Virus record (IMG/VR): IMGVR_UViG_3300020215_000089
Location: 1 to 42,235 of that record
Strand: one strand, 5' to 3'
Source of the DNA: a virus
Length of the DNA stretch: 42,235 nt
Shown: positions 1 to 7,584 of the stretch, piece by piece
Numbering within the stretch: position 1 is the first letter of the stretch
How the letters are laid out: each line of letters opens with the position of its first letter
Notes under the pieces: generated by a model
What the model was told of the DNA's origin: nothing
Database searches by the model: none
What the model saw: the letters and a program-made list of their open reading frames with translations, nothing else
Position numbers and translations under genes: made by a program

Positions 1-127
1 CCCTCCTGCGCCTGGGCCGAGCCGAGGAAAACCGCGAGGAGGAGGCTTAGGACCAAAGTCGCGTCCCCCGGATCGTGAATCCAGCCGAAGCCGTGTTCTT
101 AAACGTGTCGATCGCACGATTCTTCCC
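1..127. repeat. Terminal overlap: 1-127 is identical to 42109-42235 (circular genome of 42,108 bp)
   Basis: Both ends read ccctcctgcgcctgggccgagccgagg...gtcgatcgcacgattcttccc. 127 nt equals a common assembler k-mer, so I read it as a circularisation overlap. Confidence 0.95.
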
Positions 128-700
128 GTCCAAGTAGATGGCCATAAGCTCGTTTCGCTTGGTCACAATCTCGGGCGTTTGAATCTCAGCCGTGAGCAAA
201 AGCCACGCGGCAAAGGCGCACAGAGAAAGGTGGAACTGCGCCATGAGTGAGGAGGAATTAAGCGGGACGGACGTGTCCCCGGACATCGAAGCCGGCAGCG
301 GGTAGTGCCTCATGACGAGGGGTTTGGCCTCGACTGGGATGGGGCAAACACGAACCTGTTTCCGGGCCTCCTCGGGGTCGACGATGTAGTATTCAGGGGT
401 CCCAGTTTCGCTCGCCCAATCCTGCCCCTTGAGACGGGCTATTTCGTGCCGCGAAATCGGCTTAAGCTCTGCCCCGTCATACTGGACCCAATCCTCATAC
501 ATGAAGTCCGAGGGCAAATCGTAGGTTGCAAGGCCATCTTCGGTCGTCCAAGACTGGTCCCGCCAAAGGACTCTGGAATCCAGCGCAAACTGCTCTTGGG
601 CGCGGTCTAGCGCCGTGTTGTACTCGGCAGGCGTGTAGCGCGTCTGGTTCTTATCCCCGCACATTCGGGCGGTCTCCGTCCGCATCGTTCCGCGATTCAT
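47..700 (-). CDS. Virion protein, putative head-tail adaptor / tail tubular protein A analogue (assigned by synteny only)
   Basis: 217 aa. The ATG at 700 overlaps the stop of the upstream glycosyltransferase (ATGA). Its stop overlaps the TTG start of the 936-aa tail gene across the circular junction. It occupies the gp11-like slot of T7-like gene order. No motif recognised. Confidence 0.45.
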   Translation of the reverse strand: MNRGTMRTETARMCGDKNQTRYTPAEYNTALDRAQEQFALDSRVLWRDQSWTTEDGLATYDLPSDFMYEDWVQYDGAELKPISRHEIARLKGQDWASETGTPEYYIVDPEEARKQVRVCPIPVEAKPLVMRHYPLPASMSGDTSVPLNSSSLMAQFHLSLCAFAAWLLLTAEIQTPEIVTKRNELMAIYLDGKNRAIDTFKNTASAGFTIRGTRLWS

Positions 701-1938
701 TGGGTCACCTCAGTTGCGGGGACAAAAGGTTTTCCCGTCACAGCGTCAATGACGCCGTCCCAGGACTCCTCAACGACTTGGACATTGGTCTTGACCTGCT
801 GGGCATACTCGGGCGTCTCGATCTTCTTGACCTGCCCCCGGGAGACAATCTCGCGCAGGATCTTTTCGTAAGCGAACACGTTGCGGTCGACGTTAAAGTC
901 CTGCCGGGCCCGCTCATAGGCCGCATTGCCAATCTGCCGCCTCTTGGCCCGGTCGGTAATGAGGGACTCCAAGGCCGCCTGGAACCCGTCCGGGGTATCA
1001 GCCAGGAGCGCGTCTTTGCCGTTGACCAGCGTCTCCGCGAAGTGGCCCACATTGGACGCCACGCAGGGAACGCGCATGCCGGCGTATTCCAACCACCTAA
1101 GGTTTGACTTGCCCCGGTTAAAGGCATTGTCGACAAGGGGAGCTAGGCCGATGTCGAAACCCAGGGACCCCAGGAAGTGCGGGTATTTGTCGATACGGGT
1201 AAATTTCTTAACGCACTCAACGCCCCGAATCCCTTTGAGGAAGTCGGGGATTCCATGGACGAACACGAAACGCACGTTGGAATACTTGGCGAGGATGTTC
1301 TTAACGACGGGCTGGATAATGCGAAGGTCTTCGTTATGAGAGGCCCCACCCATCCAACCGATGCGGATTTGGCCCTTTCTCCCCCGCTTCTGGACGCGGT
1401 CCCAGACCTTGAAATCCAGGCTGTTGTGGACAACGGAGATGTTCTCGTTAAGGTCGCTGTAGACCTCTTTGAGGTAGTTGGTCGAGACAATCATCGCGTC
1501 GGCCGCCTTGAACTGCTCGACGGCCAACCGACGGAAGGGCGTCCCGGGGTCGTAGAAGGGCGCAGCCGGGTTGTAATCGGCGGTGGACAGCATGTTGTCG
1601 TCGATTTCGACGCAGATAGGGACCTTGCCCCCGAGGTGAGCGGACGCCTCTTTCATCGACAAGAACATGTCCAGGGCGGCGGGCGTATGGACCATGCCCA
1701 TAACCACGACGTCCGCCTTCCTAAAGTGGTCCCAAAGCTCGTTGAAGATCCTTGTCCTATGCGCCGGGTCCTCGATGTCCATTTCCCACGGGTGATTTTC
1801 GGTCAGCTCGTACTTGAACCAGGGCATATGGGACAGATACGCGCGGTTTCGGTGGGCCGCGACGTTCCAAGACCACATGCGGTAGTAACTGACTCCCGCG
1901 TTCGAGGTGGGGATATACAGGACTTTGAGTGGTGTCAT
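697..1938 (-). CDS. Glycosyltransferase, GT-B fold (family 1/4-like)
   Basis: 413 aa. The C-terminal half carries a GT1-type signature: GWMGGASHNEDL ... NRGKSNLRWLEYAGMRVPCVASNVGHFAETLVNGKDALL. Confidence 0.8.
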   Translation of the reverse strand: MTPLKVLYIPTSNAGVSYYRMWSWNVAAHRNRAYLSHMPWFKYELTENHPWEMDIEDPAHRTRIFNELWDHFRKADVVVMGMVHTPAALDMFLSMKEASAHLGGKVPICVEIDDNMLSTADYNPAAPFYDPGTPFRRLAVEQFKAADAMIVSTNYLKEVYSDLNENISVVHNSLDFKVWDRVQKRGRKGQIRIGWMGGASHNEDLRIIQPVVKNILAKYSNVRFVFVHGIPDFLKGIRGVECVKKFTRIDKYPHFLGSLGFDIGLAPLVDNAFNRGKSNLRWLEYAGMRVPCVASNVGHFAETLVNGKDALLADTPDGFQAALESLITDRAKRRQIGNAAYERARQDFNVDRNVFAYEKILREIVSRGQVKKIETPEYAQQVKTNVQVVEESWDGVIDAVTGKPFVPATEVTQ

Positions 1939-1966
1939 TTGGTTTTAGATCGGGCGCTTTAGGCCG

Positions 1967-2003
1967 AAAAAAAGCCTCTCACGCGGGGGAATGCGTGAAA
2001 GGC
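1967..2003 (-). terminator. Rho-independent terminator inside the late operon
   Basis: Minus strand has GCCTTTCACGC, a loop, then GCGTGAGAGGC (11 bp, one G-U) followed by TTTTTTT. It lies in the 138-nt gap between two glycosyltransferase genes. Confidence 0.7.
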
Positions 2004-2076
2004 TCCAAACAGCCTAAAGCGGGGCTCGCGGGTTTGGCCGCGATTCGGCGGGGATCAGCCGCCTACCCGATATTTG

Positions 2077-2802
2077 TTACGCGGTTACTCGATATGCCTC
2101 CAAGTATTTGGTCTTGAACGCCTTAACCTCTTCCGGTTTCCGGGTCTGAGAGATGCCAGACCCCAGGAGCCGATAAGCAGCTAAGACGTTGGGAACGAAA
2201 TCGAAGCGAACGCCAGACATGTAGAGCTGGGTCTGGAAACACCAGTCGTCAATTCCCAGGCGGGCCACGTCGCCGCCTTGGTAGGGGAACTTCAAAGCCA
2301 GTTCCTTGGTGTAAGCGGTCGTGCTGTGGACGATGCGGTTTTCTAGGGTTTCCAGAGCCCGTTCCTTGTTGAACACGTCGGCCGGAATCTCGCCCGCCTG
2401 ACGCCCGCAAGCGTCCATTTGAACGGCAGAGCCGTAGAGGAACTGAGCGCCTTTACTAAACTTCTCGGCCGTGATCTTGGCTCTGTTAGGTAACGCCAGG
2501 TCGTCGGCATCCAGGACCAAGATAACGTCGCCGGTCGCCGCGAGGTTGCCGACATTGCGGGACTCAGAACGGCCACGGTTGTGCTGATTGCGGATAACCC
2601 GGACGAGGGCCTCTTTCTTGGCCTGCAAGACCGGATCGACCCACTTGGCCGTAAGGGCCTGCTGCGTTGAGTCGGTGGAACAGTCGTCCACCACAATGAC
2701 CTCGATGTCGCGATACGTCTGCTCAAGGCAGGACTGAACTGCCTGGCAGACCCAGGCGGCGCTGTTGTAGCTGGGGATGACGAAACTAAGCCGCATTGAC
2801 AA
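2077..2802 (-). CDS. Glycosyltransferase family 2 (GT-A)
   Basis: 241 aa. LSFVIPSYNSAAWVCQAVQSCLEQTYRDIEVIVVDDCSTDST and LVLDADDL are classic GT2 motifs. Confidence 0.85.
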   Translation of the reverse strand: MSMRLSFVIPSYNSAAWVCQAVQSCLEQTYRDIEVIVVDDCSTDSTQQALTAKWVDPVLQAKKEALVRVIRNQHNRGRSESRNVGNLAATGDVILVLDADDLALPNRAKITAEKFSKGAQFLYGSAVQMDACGRQAGEIPADVFNKERALETLENRIVHSTTAYTKELALKFPYQGGDVARLGIDDWCFQTQLYMSGVRFDFVPNVLAAYRLLGSGISQTRKPEEVKAFKTKYLEAYRVTA

Positions 2803-4255
2803 CCTCCAGGACCTTGGCCGGGCTTAGCGCCTGGCGGTAGTAATCGACGGCCTTTTGATTGGGACCCTCTTTGGCCAGCTTGCGGAGCCGCTCAACCATG
2901 GACACGATAAACTGCTCGTCCGTCACGCGGTCATCAAGGAACCCGGCATAAGGGCTCTGGACGTTCGAGACGACGTGACGGCCGGTTACAAGCATCCGCT
3001 TGAGCGCCGGTGACATACAGCGGTCAACCCAAAAGTGGATAACTCCCGTGTAGTCCTCGATTTTGTGGACGCCCCCGGCCGTGTCTATGTCGATGTCCGG
3101 GCACGCTCGCTTGATGGTCGACAGCGCGTGCTGGTACTGAGCCGACGCATCGACCAGGAATTTGGGCGTCTCGGGCATCGGGGGAATTTCCCCCGCATGG
3201 ACGATGGGCAGGGGAAGGATCTGGGTCTGGAAACCAGCCTTGTCCATGATCCGTTGAGAAGCCTTGTCCTCAACGAACATCTTGAAGGCTTGATTAAACC
3301 GTCCGGTGTATTCCTCTAGGGCCTTGAGCGAGACTGCATGATAAATCTCCTCGACGTTGTCTTTCGTCCAGAAGAGGACCTTTTTGTGCTGGGGGCCCCA
3401 CAAGGACGCATGAAGCCCAGCAACCCCGGGATTGAGACTAAAACCGATCTGGATAATGGTCTTGTAGTGGTTCGGCTTGTCATTGGGGCGGTCCTCATAG
3501 TCCGCGTCGATGAGCTTGGCCAGGGCAATCCCGTCGTGCTTGTCGGACAGGCTCGTAACACACACTTCACGGCAGGGGATCTTATGCTTGGCGCGGACCT
3601 TGTCCTTTCGACCTAGCCAAGCCTCGGGAGTGCAGCCCTTACCGCTGATGGACTCAGGCGTCGGGTAGGCCGTCGAGAAGGCATAGCCGGCCAGATACTT
3701 ACCCACACCGCCACGCTCGACCACCGACAGCCAAAAATCCCAGTCCTGGAGGGATTCCAGGTCCTCGTCCCAGAGCCCCACCAGCTCACGCCGCAGCGGG
3801 AAACACGTCGAGATGTAGTTTGAAACCCGAAGGAGCCACGGATCAAAAGGCTCTGAATTGATGGCCCCGCGCTCGCCGAAGAACTTATAACCGCCATAGA
3901 CGAAGCCGACGTCCTTATTTCGGTCGAGAATATCGACCCAGTTTTTAGCCGCGTGGGGCTCAATCTCGCAGTCGGAATCCCAGAACACAACGTAGGGGGT
4001 CTGGGACGTGTGCTTAAAGCCCTCGTTTCTCGCCTTGCACGCCCCGCCGTGGTCGATCTGGACTATCTTGTGATCGGGCCACTTCTTCATGAGCCTGGCA
4101 ATGAGTCGGGCCGCGTCCTCGTCTGCTCCATCGAGGACAAAAACCGCTTCCCATTCCTTGAGCGACTGAGCCAAGAGGGATTTAATGCACCGCTCCAAGA
4201 TTTCGTGCTTGGGCTTATAGACGGGCAGGATGAAGCTGAGCCTAGGCGTGTGCAA
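2786..4255 (-). CDS. Two-domain glycosyltransferase: N-terminal GT2 plus GT-B-like C-terminal half
   Basis: 489 aa with a TTG start. The N-terminus has LSFILPVYKPKHEILERCIKSLLAQS...VFVLDGADED and WDSDCE. The C-terminal ~250 aa contains MLVTGRHVVSNVQSPYAGFLDD, reminiscent of GT1 C-domains. Confidence 0.7.
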   Translation of the reverse strand: MHTPRLSFILPVYKPKHEILERCIKSLLAQSLKEWEAVFVLDGADEDAARLIARLMKKWPDHKIVQIDHGGACKARNEGFKHTSQTPYVVFWDSDCEIEPHAAKNWVDILDRNKDVGFVYGGYKFFGERGAINSEPFDPWLLRVSNYISTCFPLRRELVGLWDEDLESLQDWDFWLSVVERGGVGKYLAGYAFSTAYPTPESISGKGCTPEAWLGRKDKVRAKHKIPCREVCVTSLSDKHDGIALAKLIDADYEDRPNDKPNHYKTIIQIGFSLNPGVAGLHASLWGPQHKKVLFWTKDNVEEIYHAVSLKALEEYTGRFNQAFKMFVEDKASQRIMDKAGFQTQILPLPIVHAGEIPPMPETPKFLVDASAQYQHALSTIKRACPDIDIDTAGGVHKIEDYTGVIHFWVDRCMSPALKRMLVTGRHVVSNVQSPYAGFLDDRVTDEQFIVSMVERLRKLAKEGPNQKAVDYYRQALSPAKVLEVVNAA

Positions 4256-5063
4256 GTTGTCTCTCCAGGTTGGAATAGTGGAAGCGGTATGTAGAAAACG
4301 GGCCAGGATAATTGGCCGGGATGAACTTAAACCCCTGACCGTCCTTGAACGTCACCCGGGGATGGGCAAGGGCAACGGCGCGCGCCTCCTCGGCGGTAGA
4401 ACCCTGGTTGATGCAGCACTTAACCATGCGGTCAATACGCCTCTCTAAAGGCCGAACGTCCGAGAAGTGCCAGACCTCAAGACCAGAATCATCGACCTCG
4501 TAGGGGTAGCGGTCGAAGGCTTGGCCGTGGAACTCGTGCGAGTCTCCCGTTATCTCGGAGAAATAGACGTCCTCCTCCACAGCGCCATAAAATCCGTGGT
4601 AATGGGCTCCCAGGTCTGGATTCCTTAGCCGGTAGATGTTCTTCCAGTACGCCCCCCGCCCCTCGATAATCTCGAAGAGCTGGCCTCCAGGCTCGCCGGC
4701 GAAACTCCGAACGCGCGTCTTGAGCGCCACGGCCTTGGACGCTTTCAGACAAAGAATTTGCTCGGGATTGAGGACGTACATGTCTGGATGGAGAAACCAC
4801 GCCAGGTCGGTGTCTAGTGACCACATGCACTCATTGAAGATACGGACGTAGTCCTCTTGGAGGTTCTTGGGGTCACGCCCACGGACTAGCTTGATCTTGT
4901 GGCCAAATGGCGTCTGCTTGATGGCCTCTATGATTTCGAGCGTCCCGTCCGTGCTGTTGCCGTCAAACAGACACACCTGGTCAATGAAAGGCAGGATGCG
5001 GAGCAAGTGCGCCGCGATCCACGGGGCCTCATTCTTAATGAGAGTGAACGTGCCCACGCTCAT
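4242..5063 (-). CDS. GT2-like glycosyltransferase
   Basis: ORF 4242..5111 trimmed to the ATG at 5063, which forms an ATGA overlap with the upstream stop. FTLIKNEAPWI...LFDGNSTDGTLEII resembles the GT2-like family. Confidence 0.6.
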   Translation of the reverse strand: MSVGTFTLIKNEAPWIAAHLLRILPFIDQVCLFDGNSTDGTLEIIEAIKQTPFGHKIKLVRGRDPKNLQEDYVRIFNECMWSLDTDLAWFLHPDMYVLNPEQILCLKASKAVALKTRVRSFAGEPGGQLFEIIEGRGAYWKNIYRLRNPDLGAHYHGFYGAVEEDVYFSEITGDSHEFHGQAFDRYPYEVDDSGLEVWHFSDVRPLERRIDRMVKCCINQGSTAEEARAVALAHPRVTFKDGQGFKFIPANYPGPFSTYRFHYSNLERQLAHA

Positions 5064-5590
5064 CGGATGGCCACCACATTGAGCGACACAAATTTCCCGT
5101 CCGTGTTGCACCGCATCCGGCTACAATCGTCGGGATTGCCTATCGGGAACTCTTCAACCTGGGACACCTCCGAAAACCCAGCCACGCGGAGGAGATGCTT
5201 GAGCCGGTCGAAGTCAAAACCGGCGTAATGGTATGCCGTCTTGTAGCCCTGGTCGCCCCAAAGGAAGTTGACTACCCAGTCGGCCATCCCGTGCTTGAGG
5301 TAAAGTTCTACAGCCCGCTTAAAGTCAGGCACGCCGACGTAGAGGACCCCGCCCTTGCAAAGAACCCTCGCCCACTCTTTGAGAACGTCCACAGTCTTTG
5401 GGTGCGGGAAGTGTTCCAGGACGTGGGATGCGTAGATTTCCGACACTTCCCCATCTTTGAAGCGGGAAAGGTCGGAGATATCGCCTACGATGTCCACGCC
5501 CCTATGCGGGTCGCAATCCATCCCGGTAAAGCCAGCGATTGGCTTCTCCCGGCAGCCGAGGTTGAGCTTGATGGCGGATTTCACGGGCAT
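5060..5590 (-). CDS. Class I SAM-dependent methyltransferase
   Basis: ORF 5060..5626 trimmed to the ATG at 5590. Motifs are KLNLGC, DIVGDISDL, ASHVLEHF and GGVLYVGVPD (Methyltransf_11/23-like). Confidence 0.75.
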   Translation of the reverse strand: MPVKSAIKLNLGCREKPIAGFTGMDCDPHRGVDIVGDISDLSRFKDGEVSEIYASHVLEHFPHPKTVDVLKEWARVLCKGGVLYVGVPDFKRAVELYLKHGMADWVVNFLWGDQGYKTAYHYAGFDFDRLKHLLRVAGFSEVSQVEEFPIGNPDDCSRMRCNTDGKFVSLNVVAIR

Positions 5591-6873
5591 GTGCAATTCC
5601 CCGATGCGTCGACGGCGGAGGTACACTTAGCCAGGATGTTGGATGAGTTGAGGCACAAGGCCCCGCCAGTCGTCGGCGAACCCGTGCCAGACAAGCCAAT
5701 GCCGCCGCCCGAAGGCAAGGACACGACGCCCTTGGCACCGGACGAATACCGCGTGATCGACCCGCCGTTGTCGATTCTCAAGCCGTCGTTTCCGGCCGCG
5801 TTCATCGCGTCGAGGTAGGTCGTCCCAGCGCCGTAGGCACCGACGCTGTTACCCGTGCCGACGGACTGGATTTGGCCGCCAGCCTTGCTGACCGTGATGT
5901 TATCGACGGCGATGATTCCGCCCGTTACCGTGCCGCTAGAAACGGCCGTCCGGCCCCAGGAAAACGCCCCGTCAAGACGGATTCCCGTTTGCGTCCCCGT
6001 GCCGATGGCGATGAAGTTGTCAGAGCCCATCCGAAGGGCCGTTATGTCGTCGGTGTTGGCCGCGTTGCGCCAAGCGATTGGGAAGCTATTCCTAAGTCCA
6101 AGTCCGCCATTGGTCGCGGCACTCTGACCTAGCCGGATGTTCGACACGGTTGAATAGATCGTGTCGAAATAGGCGTTTGAATGGTTGAGAATGCCGTAGA
6201 TGGTCGATGTCGCCGTGCTTGACTGCGGGCCGTCGATCTCAAGTCCAACGCAAGGCCACGTCCCCTTGGTTTTGTCGTCGGACGTGCAGCCCATGGCGTG
6301 GAAGTTGTTGACCTGGACGGGCTTGTAACCGGGCCCCGTGGACACAACCAACTGAGACGACGCGACACCCTGGAGAATGGCCGAGTCGGCCATGTTGGAC
6401 CCAACCTGGATGATCGGATTAGCCACGATGGACCACAGGTTGTTGGACTGAGAATCCAAGTAATTACCAAGCAGGTCAGGCCGGTTGGCGGCACCGTTGA
6501 CTCCGACTCCAAGAATCAAGTTCTTATGCGTCGGGCTTCCCGGATAACCCGCGTTAGAACCAACCACAACCCCGTTGAGGCTGATTAGGACGTGGTGGGT
6601 CCCCGTCGTGCCGGCGATGACAAAGGCCCGCATACCGGCGTCCCGATGGATTCCCAAGGCCGGATCGTTGGCAAAGCCTAAGACAGGGTCGCCGGCCGAG
6701 CCATCGGATAACGTGGCCGCCGAGAAAGAGGCGTCAAACTGGCCGTTTGAGTCCCGCAGCGGGATGGTCAGCGGGGTAGACTCCGAATCGGCAGTCACGT
6801 TTGACGCCGGATTTGTAGTAATCCCAAGCGCCAGCGATGGCAACAGTAGGAGGGCTAGAGTTTTCACGGGCAA
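5581..6873 (-). CDS. Fibre/spike-like protein, long paralog, with signal-peptide-like N-terminus
   Basis: ORF 5581..6909 trimmed to the TTG at 6873. The N-terminus is (M)PVKTLALLLLPSLALG-ITTNP. TPLTIPLRDSNGQFDASF resembles the RD-x-G-x-F motif of phage fibre N-termini. The centre is Gly/Ser/Thr/Asn-rich. The C-terminus is a shared Cys4 module, ...ALCLNSSNILAKCTSAVDASGNCTCP. Confidence 0.6.
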   Translation of the reverse strand: MPVKTLALLLLPSLALGITTNPASNVTADSESTPLTIPLRDSNGQFDASFSAATLSDGSAGDPVLGFANDPALGIHRDAGMRAFVIAGTTGTHHVLISLNGVVVGSNAGYPGSPTHKNLILGVGVNGAANRPDLLGNYLDSQSNNLWSIVANPIIQVGSNMADSAILQGVASSQLVVSTGPGYKPVQVNNFHAMGCTSDDKTKGTWPCVGLEIDGPQSSTATSTIYGILNHSNAYFDTIYSTVSNIRLGQSAATNGGLGLRNSFPIAWRNAANTDDITALRMGSDNFIAIGTGTQTGIRLDGAFSWGRTAVSSGTVTGGIIAVDNITVSKAGGQIQSVGTGNSVGAYGAGTTYLDAMNAAGNDGLRIDNGGSITRYSSGAKGVVSLPSGGGIGLSGTGSPTTGGALCLNSSNILAKCTSAVDASGNCTCP

Positions 6874-7499
6874 GTGCAATTCCCCGATCCGTCCCCAGCC
6901 GACGTGCATTTGCTCAGGACGTTCGACGAGTTAAGACACAGCATTCCGCCCGTAGTGGGCGCTCCCGTGCCGCTAATGGAAACTCCGCCGCCTGCGGGAA
7001 GAGTGATTACGCCCTTGGCACCCGACGAATAGCGCGTAATAGCCCCCCCGTTATCAATGCGGAGACCGTCGTTACCCGCAGCGTTCATGGCGTCCAAGTA
7101 AGTCGTTCCAGCGCCATAAGCGCCCATGTTGGCCGCGCTGCCGACAGCCTGAACCTGGACGCTCGCCTTAGTCGCCGTGATATTTCCCGACACGTTGAAT
7201 GCGGCATTGGACCCGTCCACCGTGGCCACTCCGCTTGACACGTGCAGGCGGGTATTGGGCTGGAGCGTGCCAATTCCCACATTCTGGCCAACGGTCTGGA
7301 TGGTGTTTGTGTTGACGGTGATCGTCGTCACATCCAAATCGGCAATCGCCGCGTTAAACTGACCGTTCGCATCGCGCAGAGGGATGGTCATGGGCGTGCT
7401 ATCAGAGTCCGCCGTGACGTTGGAGGCTGGGTTGGTCGTAATCGCCAAAGCCTGGCCTCCGATCATGATGAGGGCCGCAAGGGCCAAGAGCTTCTTCAT
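6864..7499 (-). CDS. Fibre-like protein, short paralog, with Sec-type signal peptide
   Basis: ORF 6864..7532 trimmed to the ATG at 7499 (GGAGG, then 5 nt). It begins MKKLLALAALIMIGGQALA-ITTNPASNVTADSDSTPMTIPLRDANGQF. The C-terminal ~85 aa are nearly identical in protein to the neighbour 5581-6873. Confidence 0.6.
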   Translation of the reverse strand: MKKLLALAALIMIGGQALAITTNPASNVTADSDSTPMTIPLRDANGQFNAAIADLDVTTITVNTNTIQTVGQNVGIGTLQPNTRLHVSSGVATVDGSNAAFNVSGNITATKASVQVQAVGSAANMGAYGAGTTYLDAMNAAGNDGLRIDNGGAITRYSSGAKGVITLPAGGGVSISGTGAPTTGGMLCLNSSNVLSKCTSAGDGSGNCTCP

Positions 7500-7544
7500 T
7501 CCAGCCTCCGTAACTTCGTTTCGATAGTTCATGGCTTCAAGGCC

Positions 7545-7568
7545 GCCGCCCCCATTTCTGGGAGCGGC
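7545..7568 (-). promoter_or_regulatory. Stable GAAA-tetraloop hairpin just 3' of the capsid gene
   Basis: Minus strand reads GCCGCTCCCA-GAAA-TGGGGGCGGC (10 bp, one G-U). No U-tract follows, so it is more likely an RNA stabiliser or processing element than a terminator. Confidence 0.35.
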
Positions 7569-7584
7569 AGCTTCAAACCATCAA

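Noticed and set aside
1-127. Biological direct terminal repeat (T7-like DTR).
   Set aside because: The length is exactly 127 nt, a standard assembler k-mer, and the repeat cuts through coding sequence. An assembly overlap is the simpler explanation, although true virion ends remain unknown.
5581-7499. Diversity-generating retroelement (template/variable repeat pair) explaining the two similar C-termini.
   Set aside because: No reverse transcriptase exists anywhere in the genome. Differences between the copies involve all base types rather than adenine-specific changes. Both copies are full coding regions.
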